From Vicugna vicugna (Eukaryota), in assembly GCA_013265495.1 (NCBI GenBank), contig MU057701.1, forward strand, positions 620,001 to 684,000: DNA of 64,000 nucleotides. The letters are read 5' to 3'. The translations under genes and the position numbers were made by a program. The notes beneath the pieces are model-generated. The model made no database searches. It was given only the letters and a program-made list of their open reading frames with translations, and had not been told where the DNA came from. The number at the start of each line of letters is the position of its first letter. The stretch's first letter is position 1. Shown here in pieces: positions 24,669 to 37,757 of the stretch.

Positions 24669-24805
24669 TGAGGGGAGGGTATAGCTCAGTGGTAGAGCGC
24701 ATGCTTAGCATGCCCAAGGTCCTGGGTTCAACCCCTAGAACCTCCTCCAAATATAAATAAACAAATAAACATAATTATCTCCCCCTCATTTAACAAACAA
24801 AAAAA
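24669..24805 (+). mobile_element. tRNA-derived SINE, vic-1-like, with a 15-bp TSD
   Basis: ggggagggtatagctcagtggtagagcgcatgcttagcatgcccaaggtcctgggttcaacccc, with A box TAGCTCAGTGG and B box GGTTCAACCC. TSD gaaaattcaagatcc at 24654-24668 and 24806-24820. Confidence 0.92.
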
Positions 24806-25245
24806 GAAAATTCAAGATCCCACTTGAATATCATATCAAGCTCATCTTATTGGTTATAAAAGCTGCGTTTCCAGTTAGAAGACTTCCTTTGCGGTTAATG
24901 AAATGCTCTACTGGAATTATTAGTCTTTAATTCTGCTTCTCTAATGCCGCACTTTTTGGTTTTTAATTAGCCACAAACCTATAGGCTAATTGAATCTTGT
25001 TTTACACCCCTTATCTGCCCAACCACAGAGCTATCACATGAAAGAGTTTCAAGAGCAAACGTGGAGACATTTAGTGTTTTTGAAAGTTTAATTCTTGGAA
25101 GGTTTCTTTACCACATTTTTAATAATTATAATTCAGCAATATTTCTTAGTTCTGTGGTTTTATATTGCATATAAGTGTGGTCTAAATCATCATTTTCTCT
25201 CTCTTTTTTCTTTCCCCTCTTGTCCAAATGAACATCTGGGACCAG

Positions 25246-25253
25246 AATACACA
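25246..25253 (+). CDS. PITPNC1: PITPNC1 8-nt micro-exon (probably exon 4), AATACACA, completing E-Y-T
   Basis: Context accag|AATACACA|gtaagt with a strong upstream pyrimidine tract. G+AA, TAC, ACA supplies the E-Y-T needed between YPYTIT and CSFLPKF and converts phase 1 to phase 0. Confidence 0.93.
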
Positions 25254-26500
25254 GTAAGTTTCATTTAATCATTCTTAAATATTCAGCCTAAGATCAGTGG
25301 AGTAATTGGAACTTCCCTTGTACTTCTCATCTTATCAATGTAATTTTAAAAATAGAGGAATAGTTCAGAATCAGAAATACTTAAATGTAGGCTATTACAT
25401 GGTTATATATAATGCAATAATTTGAATGTTCTCATTTGTTCAAGAATATGACTGTTAATTTAAAATGCCTTGATAGTCACTTTACATAATTAACTTTTGC
25501 TTGTATTTTTAAATAGCTTGACTGCTCTACTCATGATAGTTCACTGTAATAGAAGATCAGTGTCTAGAAATGTGCCATTAAAGAGATGATGGTAGTTACT
25601 GGTGGAAAGCAGGGCTTAGACTTGCAGTCTGTGGCCTGATCCCTTATAGAAAAACCTTGAAACTAGAAAGACGGACGTTCAAACTGTTTTACTCAGAGGT
25701 CTGGTTTGGACAGTCTCAGTGGCTTGATAAAATCATTTAATTTCTTCCTGGCCTAAAAGCCATTATAGTCATTATTTATACTAAAAGAAAGGGACTCTAT
25801 AATATCATTGTGTTGCAGTATTTTCGTTTGGATCATTTTCCCCAATGGCAAACAGGTCAAGTTGTCCTAATAAGAAAATGGTTAACTGAGCTGTGATGGA
25901 GTTGAGTTTTTCAGTCTTGGTCAACACAGCCAAGCTTGGTACCCTGCACATAGTAGATTCTCAATGAGTAGTTTTGAATGACAGGAGGAATGCATGAGTC
26001 AAAGCTGGATAGATCGTCCCAACAGATGCAAAAGTGTCATCTGCTTTGGAGTCAGATAGGCCTGAGTGTCCTCTGGCTCTGCCTCTCACTAGCTGAAGTT
26101 CTTAAGCAAGTGACTCCCCCAAGTGCCAGCTCTTAAACGCATGCTGGTCCATGGCTGTGTTCTCATGTGTCCTTTGCAAAATGAAAAAAGTCGTTTTTCA
26201 TAAAATTAAATATACTCCACTTAAAGGATGGTTGATAATTATAGCTCTCATTCTTGGGTATTAAAATATCTTTTCTTTTATGAAAGGAAGGAATATATAT
26301 ATAGCACCCTCTCCAATGTCCCTAGCTTTGGGGGAAAAAAGGAAATCCTATGACAAAATACAAATTCTACATTTTAGAAGTCAGAGAAACACTGCTCTGA
26401 AACAAGCAGCTTAACTTCCCTGAACCCGTTTCTTTATCTCTAAAATTGGGTTAATCCCTCTTTCATAGAGCTATTAGTGAGAGGATTCAATGATCTAACA

Positions 26501-26676
26501 CAGGGGTCAGAAGACTTTTACTGTAAAGAATCACATAGTAAATATTTTCTGCTTTATGCGCCAGTCTCTGTCTCTGAGAAAGCAGCCATAGACTCTATAT
26601 AGAGATATGGATGTGGTCATATTTGCCCAGGCAGCAGGCCACACTTATCCCCCAGGCTACAGTTTATCGACCCCTG
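26501..26676. mobile_element. MER58A-like MITE inserted in a MIR
   Basis: Terminal inverted repeats caggggtc...gacccctg. Degenerate 8-bp TSD atctaaca/gtctaata. MIR-like flanks. Confidence 0.8.
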
Positions 26677-26799
26677 GTCTAATATATGGAAGACTGTTAG
26701 CACATTGCCTGTAAATAACAATTTATAGCAATTAAATGGTTCCCCACCAACAGCTTCCCCCAGCCCCATCAATTTCACTGTTTTCAAGAGGAAGACTTT

Positions 26800-26995
26800 G
26801 GAATCATTTGAATCCTGCCTCCGTTAACAGTTGTGCAGATGAATTCCCTTGAAGCCTCTGTTTCCTCATCTGTAAGTGGGGAGAATATAGTAACTATCTC
26901 ATGAGGATGATATGGAGATTAGATCAAATAATCCACATGAAATTTCAGCCTAGTCCCTGGTGCGTGGTAAATCCTCAATAAATGTCCAGTGTTAC
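26800..26995. mobile_element. MIR SINE
   Basis: Core motif agcctctgtttcctcatctgtaagtggggagaat...ggtaaatcctcaataaatg. Confidence 0.7.
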
Positions 26996-27862
26996 TATAT
27001 ATCATTCAATGCTGGAAGCTGCCATCATTAAAATGGAAGTTCAGTGGGCCAATACATGAGAATATATCTTGGACCCCACAGTGCAGACTGGATTCCAGTT
27101 AACTGGATGGTACTAATTGTTTAGAGTTTTATTTGATTTTATTGATAGCTGGTGTTTTCCCACGTCCCACTCACTTCTCCAAAAGCTACTGCGTGGACTT
27201 TTCATTTGAAATGTGATCAATAGTTACACAGCCAAGAGGATTCCTGTCCCTGTAGCTACACAAAGGCAATTATTTGCTGTCATTAGAATTGGGTCACCTT
27301 GACTTGACCCAAAACTGATGGTGTTTATTCTCCATAAACTCACGCTACTACCGTGAAATGTGGGGATGGCTAACAGAGAAATGGAGTCTGAAAAATGTTT
27401 CATTATCTTGTGTTCATTTTTTTAAGAGTATGTATTAAAGACTGAGGTTCTGAAAACAGAAGGCAACAGAATGAAAGCCATAGTTTCTGGCAAAGCCGTG
27501 CTCACGGCGACGCACCTCCCAAGACGGCCCTCCCGCTGAAGCCTTTCCCACCAGCTTCCATCACTGAACCTCCGTTTCCTAGCCCCCGCCTCTGTGTAGG
27601 CCATGGAGGATTTCTGAAGGACCCGTGGCCTTTCCTTCTGCCCAGCTTCTGCCCCACAGTACTCCTGCAGTTCCAATCACACAGTAAGGACTTTTAAAGG
27701 GACCCAAATTATGTTATTTCTGTTTGAGAAAATTTGGAGACAAAACATAAAGAAGTTAGATAGAGTTGTATGATCTCATACTCACCCCCATGTAACTCTA
27801 AGTGTTACTTGATTTCTTCTAGAACCTCAGTCTTTGAGTCAGTTCCTCCCTAATATAATCCT

Positions 27863-28339
27863 TGGGGTAGTTCCCTAGAGCTGCTGTAACATAGTACCAC
27901 AAACTGGGTGACTTAAAACAAGGAAAATTTATCATGTTACCATCCTGGAGGCTAGATGTCTAAATCAAGTTCAGGGGCAACGGTCCCTTTGAAACCTGCA
28001 GGGGAAGAATCTTTCTTTGCCTCTTTCTAGGCTTCAGCGGCGTCCGGCATCCCTTGGCTTGTGGCAGCACCACTCCAATCTCTGCCTCTGTTTTCACACA
28101 GCTTGTCTTCCCTCTGTGTGTCTCTGTGTCTTTACATGACACCCTCTTTGCTGTGTCTCTCTGTTCTTCTTATAAGAACATCAGTCATATTGGATTAAAG
28201 ACCTACCTTTCATCAGTGTGACCTCATCTTAGCTAATTACATCTGCAATGACCCTAATTCCAAATAAGATCACATTCTGAGGAACTGGGGTTAGGACTTC
28301 AACATATATTTGGGGGTGAACGCAATTCAACCCATAACG
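27863..28339 (-). mobile_element. MLT1 (MaLR) solo LTR
   Basis: gctgctgtaacatagtaccacaaactgggtgacttaaaacaa...tgacctcatcttagctaattacatctgcaatgaccct...caattcaacccataac. Confidence 0.85.
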
Positions 28340-28803
28340 CCACCTTTCAAGTTTAGGTTAACAATAATATATTGAGCACCAGCGATGTGTAAAGCATCAT
28401 GCCAGATGCTAGGCTTCATTGGGCAATAATCCCTGCCCTTTGAGGAGTCACAATCCGGTGAGAAATATACATCCCAGTCAAAACCTGGGAGTCATCTGTA
28501 AATGATGGGGTTTTCTGGAGGCAAGATAGGACAGGCTCAGCTCAGGAGACAGGCTGCACTCAGACCTGGATGAGCTCCAAGCTGCGCTGACAGCAGAGGT
28601 TCAGACCAGAGGGTAGAATGAATGGCACTGGGGATCCAGCCAGAGAAGCGATTGCAATGTAAAAGGGAAGGCCTCGGTCCCTGGACTAGAGCCTTTAGCT
28701 TCAGGGACAGGACTGTAGTCCTCAAGAAGAGGTACAGGCAAGAACAGGACACAGCCCTCTTACATAGGTTACTTGATCATGAGATGCTGGGGGGGAGGGG
28801 TAA

Positions 28804-28930
28804 AGTTGCCAGCTTCAGCAAGTAAAAATACAGAGTGTCCAGTTGAGTTTGAATTTTCAGATTAAAAGCAAATAATTTTTTAGTATAAGTATGTCCCAAA
28901 TATTGCATAGGCTATACTCATGCCAAAAGA
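28804..28930. mobile_element. MER53-like hAT MITE, one half
   Basis: gttgccag...aaaaatacag...ttgaattttcagat...ttttttagtataagtatgtcccaaatattgcat. Confidence 0.7.
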
Positions 28931-29370
28931 AGGGAAGGGGTGGCAGTGGGACAGAACTGGTCTCAGAAACTAATGTACAAAAATCAGGTGTATTGGTAAT
29001 CCAAGGAAAAGGGAGGAGAGAGAATTGTAAAGATCGGGAAACTGTCCTACAGCTGACATGACACGTTAACGTTAAGGCCAGTCAAATGACTTGTCAGAAC
29101 AACTTAATTAAGTACTTTCTGCCTCAGTTAGGATTGATTTAGGAAGTGAAATGGTCCGAAGAGGGCAGAGTTGGGGGAAATAAAGTGAGAGCAGATGAAT
29201 ACATGACTGTTTCAAGGAAGACCTGTGCTAAGTGTTACAACTGAAGCACAAACGGAGGCTTGTGGAAAGGAGAAATTCTGCCTGGAGAAATATGGGAAAA
29301 TATCTCGGAGCAGGTGGCATTTGAGCTGGACCCTGGAGAGAGTAGAACTCCCATCTGTAGACACCTGCTC

Positions 29371-29735
29371 TGTCTTAGTCTTCTTGGGCTGCATCACAGA
29401 ACACCATGAACTGGGTAACTTAAACAACAGACATTTATTTTTCACAGTTCTGGAGTCTGGGAAGTTCAAAATCAAGGTATCAGCTGGTTCACTTCCTGGC
29501 AGGAGCTCTCTTCCTGGTTTGCTAACAGTCTTCTTGCTTTGTCCTCGCATAGGAGAGAGAGAAAGCAAGCTCTCGGGTTGTATAAAGGCGCTAATCCCAT
29601 CATGAAGGCCCCCACTCTCATGACCTCATCTAAACCTCATTACCTCGCAAAGGCCCCATCTTCAAATACCATCACACTGGGGGTAGGGCTTCAACATACA
29701 AAGGCGAGGGGAGCACAGACATTCAGTCTATAGCA
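29371..29735 (-). mobile_element. MLT1A-like solo LTR
   Basis: tgtcttagtc...aaacaacagacatttatttttcacagttctggagtctgggaagttcaa...attcagtctatagca. TSD tgctc/tggtc. Confidence 0.85.
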
Positions 29736-32700
29736 TGGTCCTTCCAGGCCCAGTGGGCAAGTGATGTTGCTGGATCCTGGCGCCTCAGACACGTGGAGGC
29801 CAGGTCATGGTAGCTTTGAGTGTCAGGGCAAGATCTGGATTTAATTCTCCATAGGGAAGCAGCAACATTGTTCCCGGCTAGCCCTCTTCTATTTTCCATC
29901 CCAAATATAGCACAGCTTTTCTTTCCATCTCCCCAGTAAGGATCTCTTGGCTTTTCTCTCTCTGGCTGCAGGTGCACACTTTCAGGCCGGCAGTGTTCAT
30001 TCTGAAGCTGCCTCCCTCCCCTAGACTTGGACTCAGCCATGTTCTCACGCCCTCTGCCTGGGAGGAAGAGCCCGCCTTTCTCTCTAACTACAGGGTCTGC
30101 GCCCAGGATTTAGGACAGATGCTTTCAGTTGCCTTCATCTTTTTTCCTGTTTTAAATGCTTTTTCACTGGGCTCTTTATCCCCTGATCCTTTAATCCTAA
30201 ATACCTCTTCTTGATGTCTTTCCAATCCCCATATTTCCTGTCTGGGCCCCAAAGCAAAATTTCCCCAAAGCCGAACTCCCAGCTGGGGTCATCACGCCCA
30301 CCCTCCATCAGGGAGGCAGAGGGGCTCTTGGTAATACTTGGGACAGGTGTCTCTTCTCATAGGACTAGTCCAGAGCAATATCTGTCTATTTCTAGGCTCC
30401 TCTGGGTCTTATATCTGACTGTCCAGCCTATCCCTGAGACCTCATGCTGCCCTCATTTGTGACAAAATCCAGCTAAGAGAACTTTCTCTTTAGGGTCATC
30501 TAGGACTTCAGTATTATCACAGTTATCAAGGCATAAAAGCTTTTTCATCACTGTGAGTGACTGTGTGTTTAGGATTATGTGCAAATGCCATTTGCACAGG
30601 AAGTGGAAAAATATCCTTAGCTCAGTTATAGGAAAAAATCTTAATTATACAGTAAACAAAGAACAACACGATGGCAATTTTCCAGAGGACAGACCATCTA
30701 ACCAGTTCTTCAAAACCTGCCAGTTCTTCTGAAGTTTATAAAGTCACAAAGGAAGGTGCCCCAGGAGACTGGCTGCTTTCCAAAGTCGCCGATTTTGTTT
30801 TTCTAGAGCTAAAAAAAGCCCACGCTGGAATATGAACATAGCTGAGCAGCAGCAATTCAACCTCGGTAGTAATGAAGGGGGAAAAACGGGTTTTCTTCCC
30901 ATTTGTAAGAATTTGAACTTAAGCTATAATAAGTCAATAGCAGTGAGCTAGAATATACAGTTGCTATATATATTTTACTGCCGTGACCACCCACTCCACC
31001 AAAACATCTTTTAATAAGAATCGCAGAACAGGTGATGACAAGCGGAAAGCACCTCTCTTAGCTGGACGGACTATGCCATTCCCCAGAGTAGCAGTGGGCC
31101 GTCCAATGATACCCAGCATTTTAATTATTTAGTCAAAAGTGGTAGGAAAAGTAAATTATAACAGACCAGGAAATAGGAACCTCAAACAGTATTGAGCTAC
31201 AATGAGAGATGGGGTTGTTCAGGGTTGGGTTAGTCCAGCTGGGGGAGAGAATCTGGCTGCTCACTATTGGGTCATCAGTCGCCCAACATGAACCTGAGTT
31301 AGCTTCCCAGGAGTGGCACTAAGGAGATTGGGGCATTTTTCTGAAAGCAGCCAAGTGTCCTGGATAGGAATTTCACTTTCAATCTTGGCCTCATCTGCGT
31401 CCCCGATAACTGAAGGAGCTGGTGAGTGCTGTGCACACCGGCGGACCTCCATTCTGCTCATCCTTCTTCAGCTCCCCTCCCTCACCTTCCGCTGAGTCCC
31501 AACCAAGGGTAGTAGAAACCTCTAAATTACATAACTAGGAAATAGTTCCAAGTCTAGTGAAAATACATTATTATATCTGAACCCTGGGATTGGTCTTGTT
31601 GAGAAGGAAATTAGAGGACAGTCTGACCATCTCAACTACTATATACGCTAAGATAGACTAGAGGTCCCCGAATAGTGCTTCTCTGGTGCCATGGAGATGG
31701 GGTAGTGATGGGAGTTGGATGATTAGAAAATAGCCTTTACTTCAATTTTAAAAAAAAGAAAGAAAATAACCTTTATCGCTGCATCACAATTAACCCTAAG
31801 TATCCAGGGCAGTATGTAATTGGAGGTGGGTTAGGGGAGGGCACAAAAGGAAATATCCCTTCTTAGAAATGGGGCCATGTGAGCCATGTGAGCTGGGACC
31901 TTTTAGGGACCAAGCCATAGGAACAGTCCTCCAGCTGGGGGTGCTGGTGAGAAAGGCTCAGGCCACCTTGCTAGAGAGGGTGGTTGAAGTCTATGGAGGC
32001 ATGGGTCATGGCATGAGGCTGGTGTCATAGAGTCAGAATGACCAAGTTCAAAAATCTCCCAGGTTCAAAAGGATTTCAGACAGAAACAGTGCAGAACCAT
32101 TTATAGCGATCATTAGGATGGGTCATGGCCAGTTAAGTAAGGGAAGCACCAGATTATACAGATTTAAACAGATGTTGTGATTGCAGGACTTCTCAGGGGC
32201 TTTACTATTCTAACCTACATGGTCAGTGTCCCAAAGGGAGATGTAGTATGCACCACTTCCCACACTTACTTGTCCATGGGACTCTGGATTTTGCAAAGCC
32301 AGTCTTCTAAAACTTAGAGGGGCTCCAGAAGCTTCTTTAAGAGTCAGAGCTATTCTGTGCCCACTAAATAAGCCAGTGGATGAATTCCATCTCAGTAAAG
32401 GTTAGTTTGTCTTGAATTTTAGTGGACTAACATGTTGCCTAAAGATTACTATTATTCAAATACCAGCGTTTTTGGAAGAACTCCCAACTATAATGATTTT
32501 TTAAACAGTCAGCTGACACAGAACCTTTTCAAGTCTCTTTTCAAGCAAAGTCAATTCTGTTAGACCAAGCAGCAGAGGCAGCAGTCCATTGGGATGACAG
32601 TCAGCGTATGCATTCTGATTTATTTCAGTTTAGGAAATGAACTGGCTGTATAGGCGAACCAGTTACAAACCAGCTTATTCACAGTGGTGCCTTGGTCCTT

Positions 32701-32939
32701 GTGCAGGGCTAGAGCTTACTTGTCTCCACATCTCAGCAACTCAGTCGACTGGTGCCTGGGGAAGCAGGAACCTTGGAAGCCAGTACTGTTTGTGTGATTT
32801 GTCCTATTTCCATTTGCTCTGGCTGTTTCCAGGCTCTTTGCACTTCAAAGAAAATTAATTCAGCCATTTTGAGTGGAGAGAGCAGAAGGTAATACATGCT
32901 TCTCTATCATAACGTAGCATTTTAAGATTGTTGCCTTTG

Positions 32940-33335
32940 TTAAATTGAAGTGTAGTTAATTTACAATGGTGCGTTAGTTTCAGGTGTACAGCAAAGTGAT
33001 TCGGTGTATATATATATATATATTCTTTTTCAGATTTTTCCATTATAGGTGATTACAAGATATTGAATATAGTTCCCTGTGCTATACAGTAGGTCCTCAT
33101 TGTTTATCTATTTTATATATAGTGGTATGTGTCTGTTAATCCCAAACTTCTCATTTGTCCCTCCCTCCCACCCTTTCCCCTCCGGTAACCATGTTTGTTT
33201 TCTATGTCTGTGAGTCTGTTTCCGTTTTACAAATAAGTTCCTGTGTATCTTCCCTTTAGATTCCACATATAAGTGATAAACATGTGATATTTGTCTTTCT
33301 CTGACTTACTTCGCTTAGTATGATCTCTAGGTCTA
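32940..33335 (-). mobile_element. L1 3' UTR fragment, same family as 16030-17116
   Basis: Reverse complement closely matches ~16700-17105, e.g. tatataaaatagataaacaa..aggacctactgtatagcacagggaactatattca. Confidence 0.9.
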
Positions 33336-36300
33336 TGTCTGAATTTTTTAAACACCACTAAGAATGCGTTTACAGAGGACAGTCATCAAAGAACAGGAAA
33401 AAAGAATAATTGTTTAAAGGCATTTTCAATAGAAAATTCTACTAAGAAATAAATACTCTTCCTTCTTGTCTATTTTCTACTTGTACTGAAAAGTAGATTT
33501 CTCCTCAGCCGCTTACAAATGCCCGTGGAGTTGTGTTTAGTTCAAGTTGGTGAGATCAAAATAATACAACTGGGAAGATCTTGTGGGGCAGATTTTTTTT
33601 TTCTGCAAAAATAAAATAAGACATATGTAAATATGGATATACTGAGATAGTACATTTCAGTGATTAAATAAAGTGAATGCAAGATTACTCCCATGTCTTT
33701 TGACCTTTCTAATCACTAAGATGCTCTGAATTACGTGATAGTATGTATTTAAGTGAGGAATTTGCTCAGCTGGTTAAGAGGGAAGATTCTTACAGTTTTT
33801 AACTGAGAAGCTTGTAATCTGGAAGTTTCCTACCTGGCCATACGCCAGCCTATATTTAGGAAGTCACTGATTCGTTCCCATCTCTCTTATTTACATGCAG
33901 TTCTTTTTCATTCGATGCATTCTGCCTGCTCTTTAACTCCTAGTCCTGCCTTTATTGTGTGTAGCTATCAGTATTCACAAGCATCCTCTGCTTGTTTCTG
34001 CTTTGACAGGTCCAGCTCTAGATTTAATGAGCCTGAATTTAGCTTCCCTCCTCAGTTTTCATAGAGGCGCCAGTAGCAAACTGTGTCCCATTGAGAAAAC
34101 ATGCTTTCATTCATGCATTTGCTCCCTCTCCCTCCTTACTGGCGTCTCCAGTAAGTGGCTGTTACTCAGCATGTCAGAAGAAGGAAGAGGCTCCATCAAT
34201 GAAGGAACTAATGAATGAACAGAAGCCTCAGTGCAGGGTGTAGGCTGGGGATAAGCAGCTGAGAGGCTGACATCCACTTCCTCACCACGGGCTGGAATAC
34301 AAACAGCTGTCTTCCTGCTGTATTTCCATACTCTGCCTTCCACACACTCCCTTCCTCTCACCCTCCCCCACTTTTCTTTCAGGTCTCACTGCTCCTCTTG
34401 GCCACATTTTTCTTCCGATGCAGCCTATATTTGGGAAATCACTCTGATTCACCCTCATCTGTTTTATTTACATGCAGTTCCTTTTCTCCTTCTCTTTGCC
34501 TTAACAATTCTTCTTCTTTTTTTTTTTTTTCTCCACTTGCGTTCTTCTCTCTTTTCTGGACCTATCTTCCTTGCAATTTTTTCCCAACAACTCTGTCTCT
34601 AATACCACCCATCTATCATGTATAAAGTCACATGTGACCCTCAGAACCCAGAATAGCTAAGGGGGCCCAGATATCTCCCCTTATTTCCTTTGCATCTTTC
34701 CCTGAAGGATGACTGAGATTTTGAGTAGATGGGGACAACCAGACATACACCTTCTTGAAATTATGTCTATTGAAGATCTTCTATGCACCTTCCAAAGAGG
34801 GGGCAAGTTTTCTGTCAAAGTAGAAGGATAAAAGTTTCCTGATGAAGAATAAAGAAAGTTGAGATGTACTTTAAAATCTAGGTGTCTACTGCCTACTACA
34901 TACAGATTCACACCCACAGTCTCCTCTTTTACAAACAGCCCAGGCTCCAGCCCCAGGTTCCTAGAAGATAACAGTCCTAAACTCTAGACCTATTTCACTA
35001 GGTTCACTGGAACATTCTGCATGTGAGTCTCCTGTTACTGAAAGGTGGAAGCATTTGCAAATCCAGTTTTATTAATGATCCCATCTCAAGCTGAAATTCC
35101 CTATATGGCCTTGGAGTACATTTAATTTGATAATACAGAATATAGTAGCAGAGAATCGATGTCTTCAGGAGGGTTCCATTAGAGAGAAGGTCAAGTCTCT
35201 ATAGAATTTAATGTTCATTGATAGGAGGGAACACATGTTGCTTGGAGTCAGAACAAGATGATCGGAGAGGAATGCATTGAATTCCAGATAAAAGCTAAAA
35301 GGAAATGATCTTTTAAAAGCCTATAAATACTTCATCTACCCCCAGCCAGCTTCTCAACTCTTCCATTTAATTTTCTTGACTCCAAGCCTCCTCGTAAAAT
35401 GTTGTTCTCAGACATGGAAGCATTCTGGCTGGAAACCAGAAATAAAACACTGAGTTACTGAGCTCAATCAGTGGTTTTCAGACTTCTCTTCTTTTGGCCC
35501 AAGAGGTTCTATGGACATGCCTCACTGGCCACCATATCCCTGCATAACATTTTATTTGAAGAAAGAACTCTGATGCCATTTAAAAAATGGTTTGAACTAC
35601 ATCACCTCTCACTCATTCTTCCAGAAGTTTTATCATGGCATGTTTTTGAAGTTCATGACCTCCAGAGAACCTTAGACTTGTTTCCCTGGCCCATTCTCTA
35701 CAGCCACCATCCCTGCTCCCCCTAGGCAGGTGTGGACAGTGCAGCCAGGGCTTCCATCACCACCCAGAAACTGACTGTGAAATTCTCAGTGTGCTTGCCC
35801 CTTTCTCTTTAAGACTTGCTTACATTCAGTTTTCTTCTCATAAGTGTTTCTTATTGCCATAGCAACCCTAATCAATCACTAGACTAAAAATAGCCCTTTC
35901 ATTTTTCCAAAGCATGTCTGTAGTGAATTGAAAATTCAGCTCTGCTGTGCATTTTGCATATGCTGCTTTCCTTTCCTGACACTGAACCTGGGTGTGCCTG
36001 TGTCTGGAAATTATTCTTGCAGGGACCCAGGTACTTCACTCGTCTTTCCTGGCATTCTTCTTCCCCACTGCAGATTCCCCCATCCCTTCCAAGAGATACA
36101 AGTACACACGTATTTAATGTTCAACAGAAAACCATCGCTTTTCTGCACATTCAGTTTTAGGTGCTCAAGATTTCACAGGTACCCGATGATCACTTTGCAG
36201 TAAGAGGTTCATTCCAGTGGATGCCATTGTGTTTGGAAGGCAAATTAAAGATGCTCAGATACTGGGTACCAAGGAAGTTGGTCCTGGCAGGGAACAGATC

Positions 36301-37757
36301 ATAGCAACATTGGTAAGACTCTTCTGGCTTGGGAGGATCTAAGCTAGAAAATCAAAGAGGAGATGACAGGAAGTATTCTGCCTTCTTTCCCTGATTTCTC
36401 CATGAAACCTGTGCTATTTTTAGGGGACTAGGGGTAAAATAAACCCTGGATGTAATAAAGTGAATATTTGTTATGATTCTCTTGGCCAAGCTGCTTCTCT
36501 AGTCAAAAAGAGAGAAAAAGATTTTTCATGAGAAAGAAGACTCCAGATTTTGAATGGGCCCAGGGGAGGAAAGAGGGTAGGGAGTGGCTGAAATGACTCA
36601 CGGCATCCCCCAGTCTCCAGGAGATGAGGGCATTTCATGGCCCCCCTCCCTGCTTCATCATGCTGCTCTGCAGTCACTGCCCCAACCCTTGGCCTGTAAG
36701 CAAGGTCATCTCATGGGACCCCTGGGCCTCCCAAATGCTGTTTTTTTGATGCTATTTCTTAACTTCTCTGAGCCTCGGTTTTTTTTTAAATAAGGCTGAG
36801 TGAACCAGCAGGCATAAAGCCTATAGATCTAGGAAAGAAGTAAGTTTGCAGAGATTCCAGTAGTACCCTGGTTTCCCTATGTGAAGTTGGCAAGGGGTCA
36901 AAGAAATCTGAGAAGAGGGGAGGGGAGAGGGCCCCTGTGCAGACAGAGAAGCTGCCAAGCCTTCAGGAAAAGGAGGACAGTAAGAGGAAGGACTTGGAAG
37001 CTGTGAAGACACGTCCTCAGAACACAGCAGGCCAGGGGTCAGAGCAAGGCTGGAGGAACCCAAGCCTGCTCTGGGGCTTGGCCACTATCCATGTCACTGG
37101 CAGGACAAATCAGGTGTTCTCCTGTTACTGCTACTTGAGCAAACCCACCAGCTCCCAGGGGGTCCTTGCACATACATGGCCCCTGCACACACACCAGCTC
37201 TATTTTCTCCCCATATAATCTGTGGAATTTCATGGGGACGGGGACAGTGGGGTGGGCCAACATTTCTCGAGTACCTGTTCAGCCAGACACTGCCTGGCCG
37301 TGGACATTTGTTATCTCACTTAATCCTTACCCCACAGCTAGCAGGTTGGCATTGTGTCCATTTTACAAATGAGAAAAACTGAAGCTCAGAGTCATACAGT
37401 TTGTGAGAGAAGAAACTGGAGTTTGAACTAAAGTCTGTTTCACTCCAGAACCTCTGTTATTTCTACTGAACAACCATACTTGCTCCCTGTGGGCTGGGTG
37501 CATGCTGCTGCATCTGGACATCAGTCAGTGACAAGCTTCGTGACATCAGTTCCTAGCAAATATCACCCTGGGCAATCAGCAGGGGCCACTGACAAAGCAG
37601 GTGGCATCACAGGTAGAAAGGCTAAGTTAGGAAGAGTGCAAATTCCCCATGCCGTTCCCCTAGATATGTTCACATCTCAAAGTGAGTGATATTTTACTCA
37701 AATGAGAGTCAAATGGCTGATCGGAAGGGAAGCAGTGGTCGGATTCTTGAGGTTGAG

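Noticed and set aside
24672..24745. tRNA-like sequence with A and B boxes
   Set aside because: It has an A-rich tail, a 15-bp TSD and related copies at 13917 and 51962, so it is a SINE rather than a tRNA gene.
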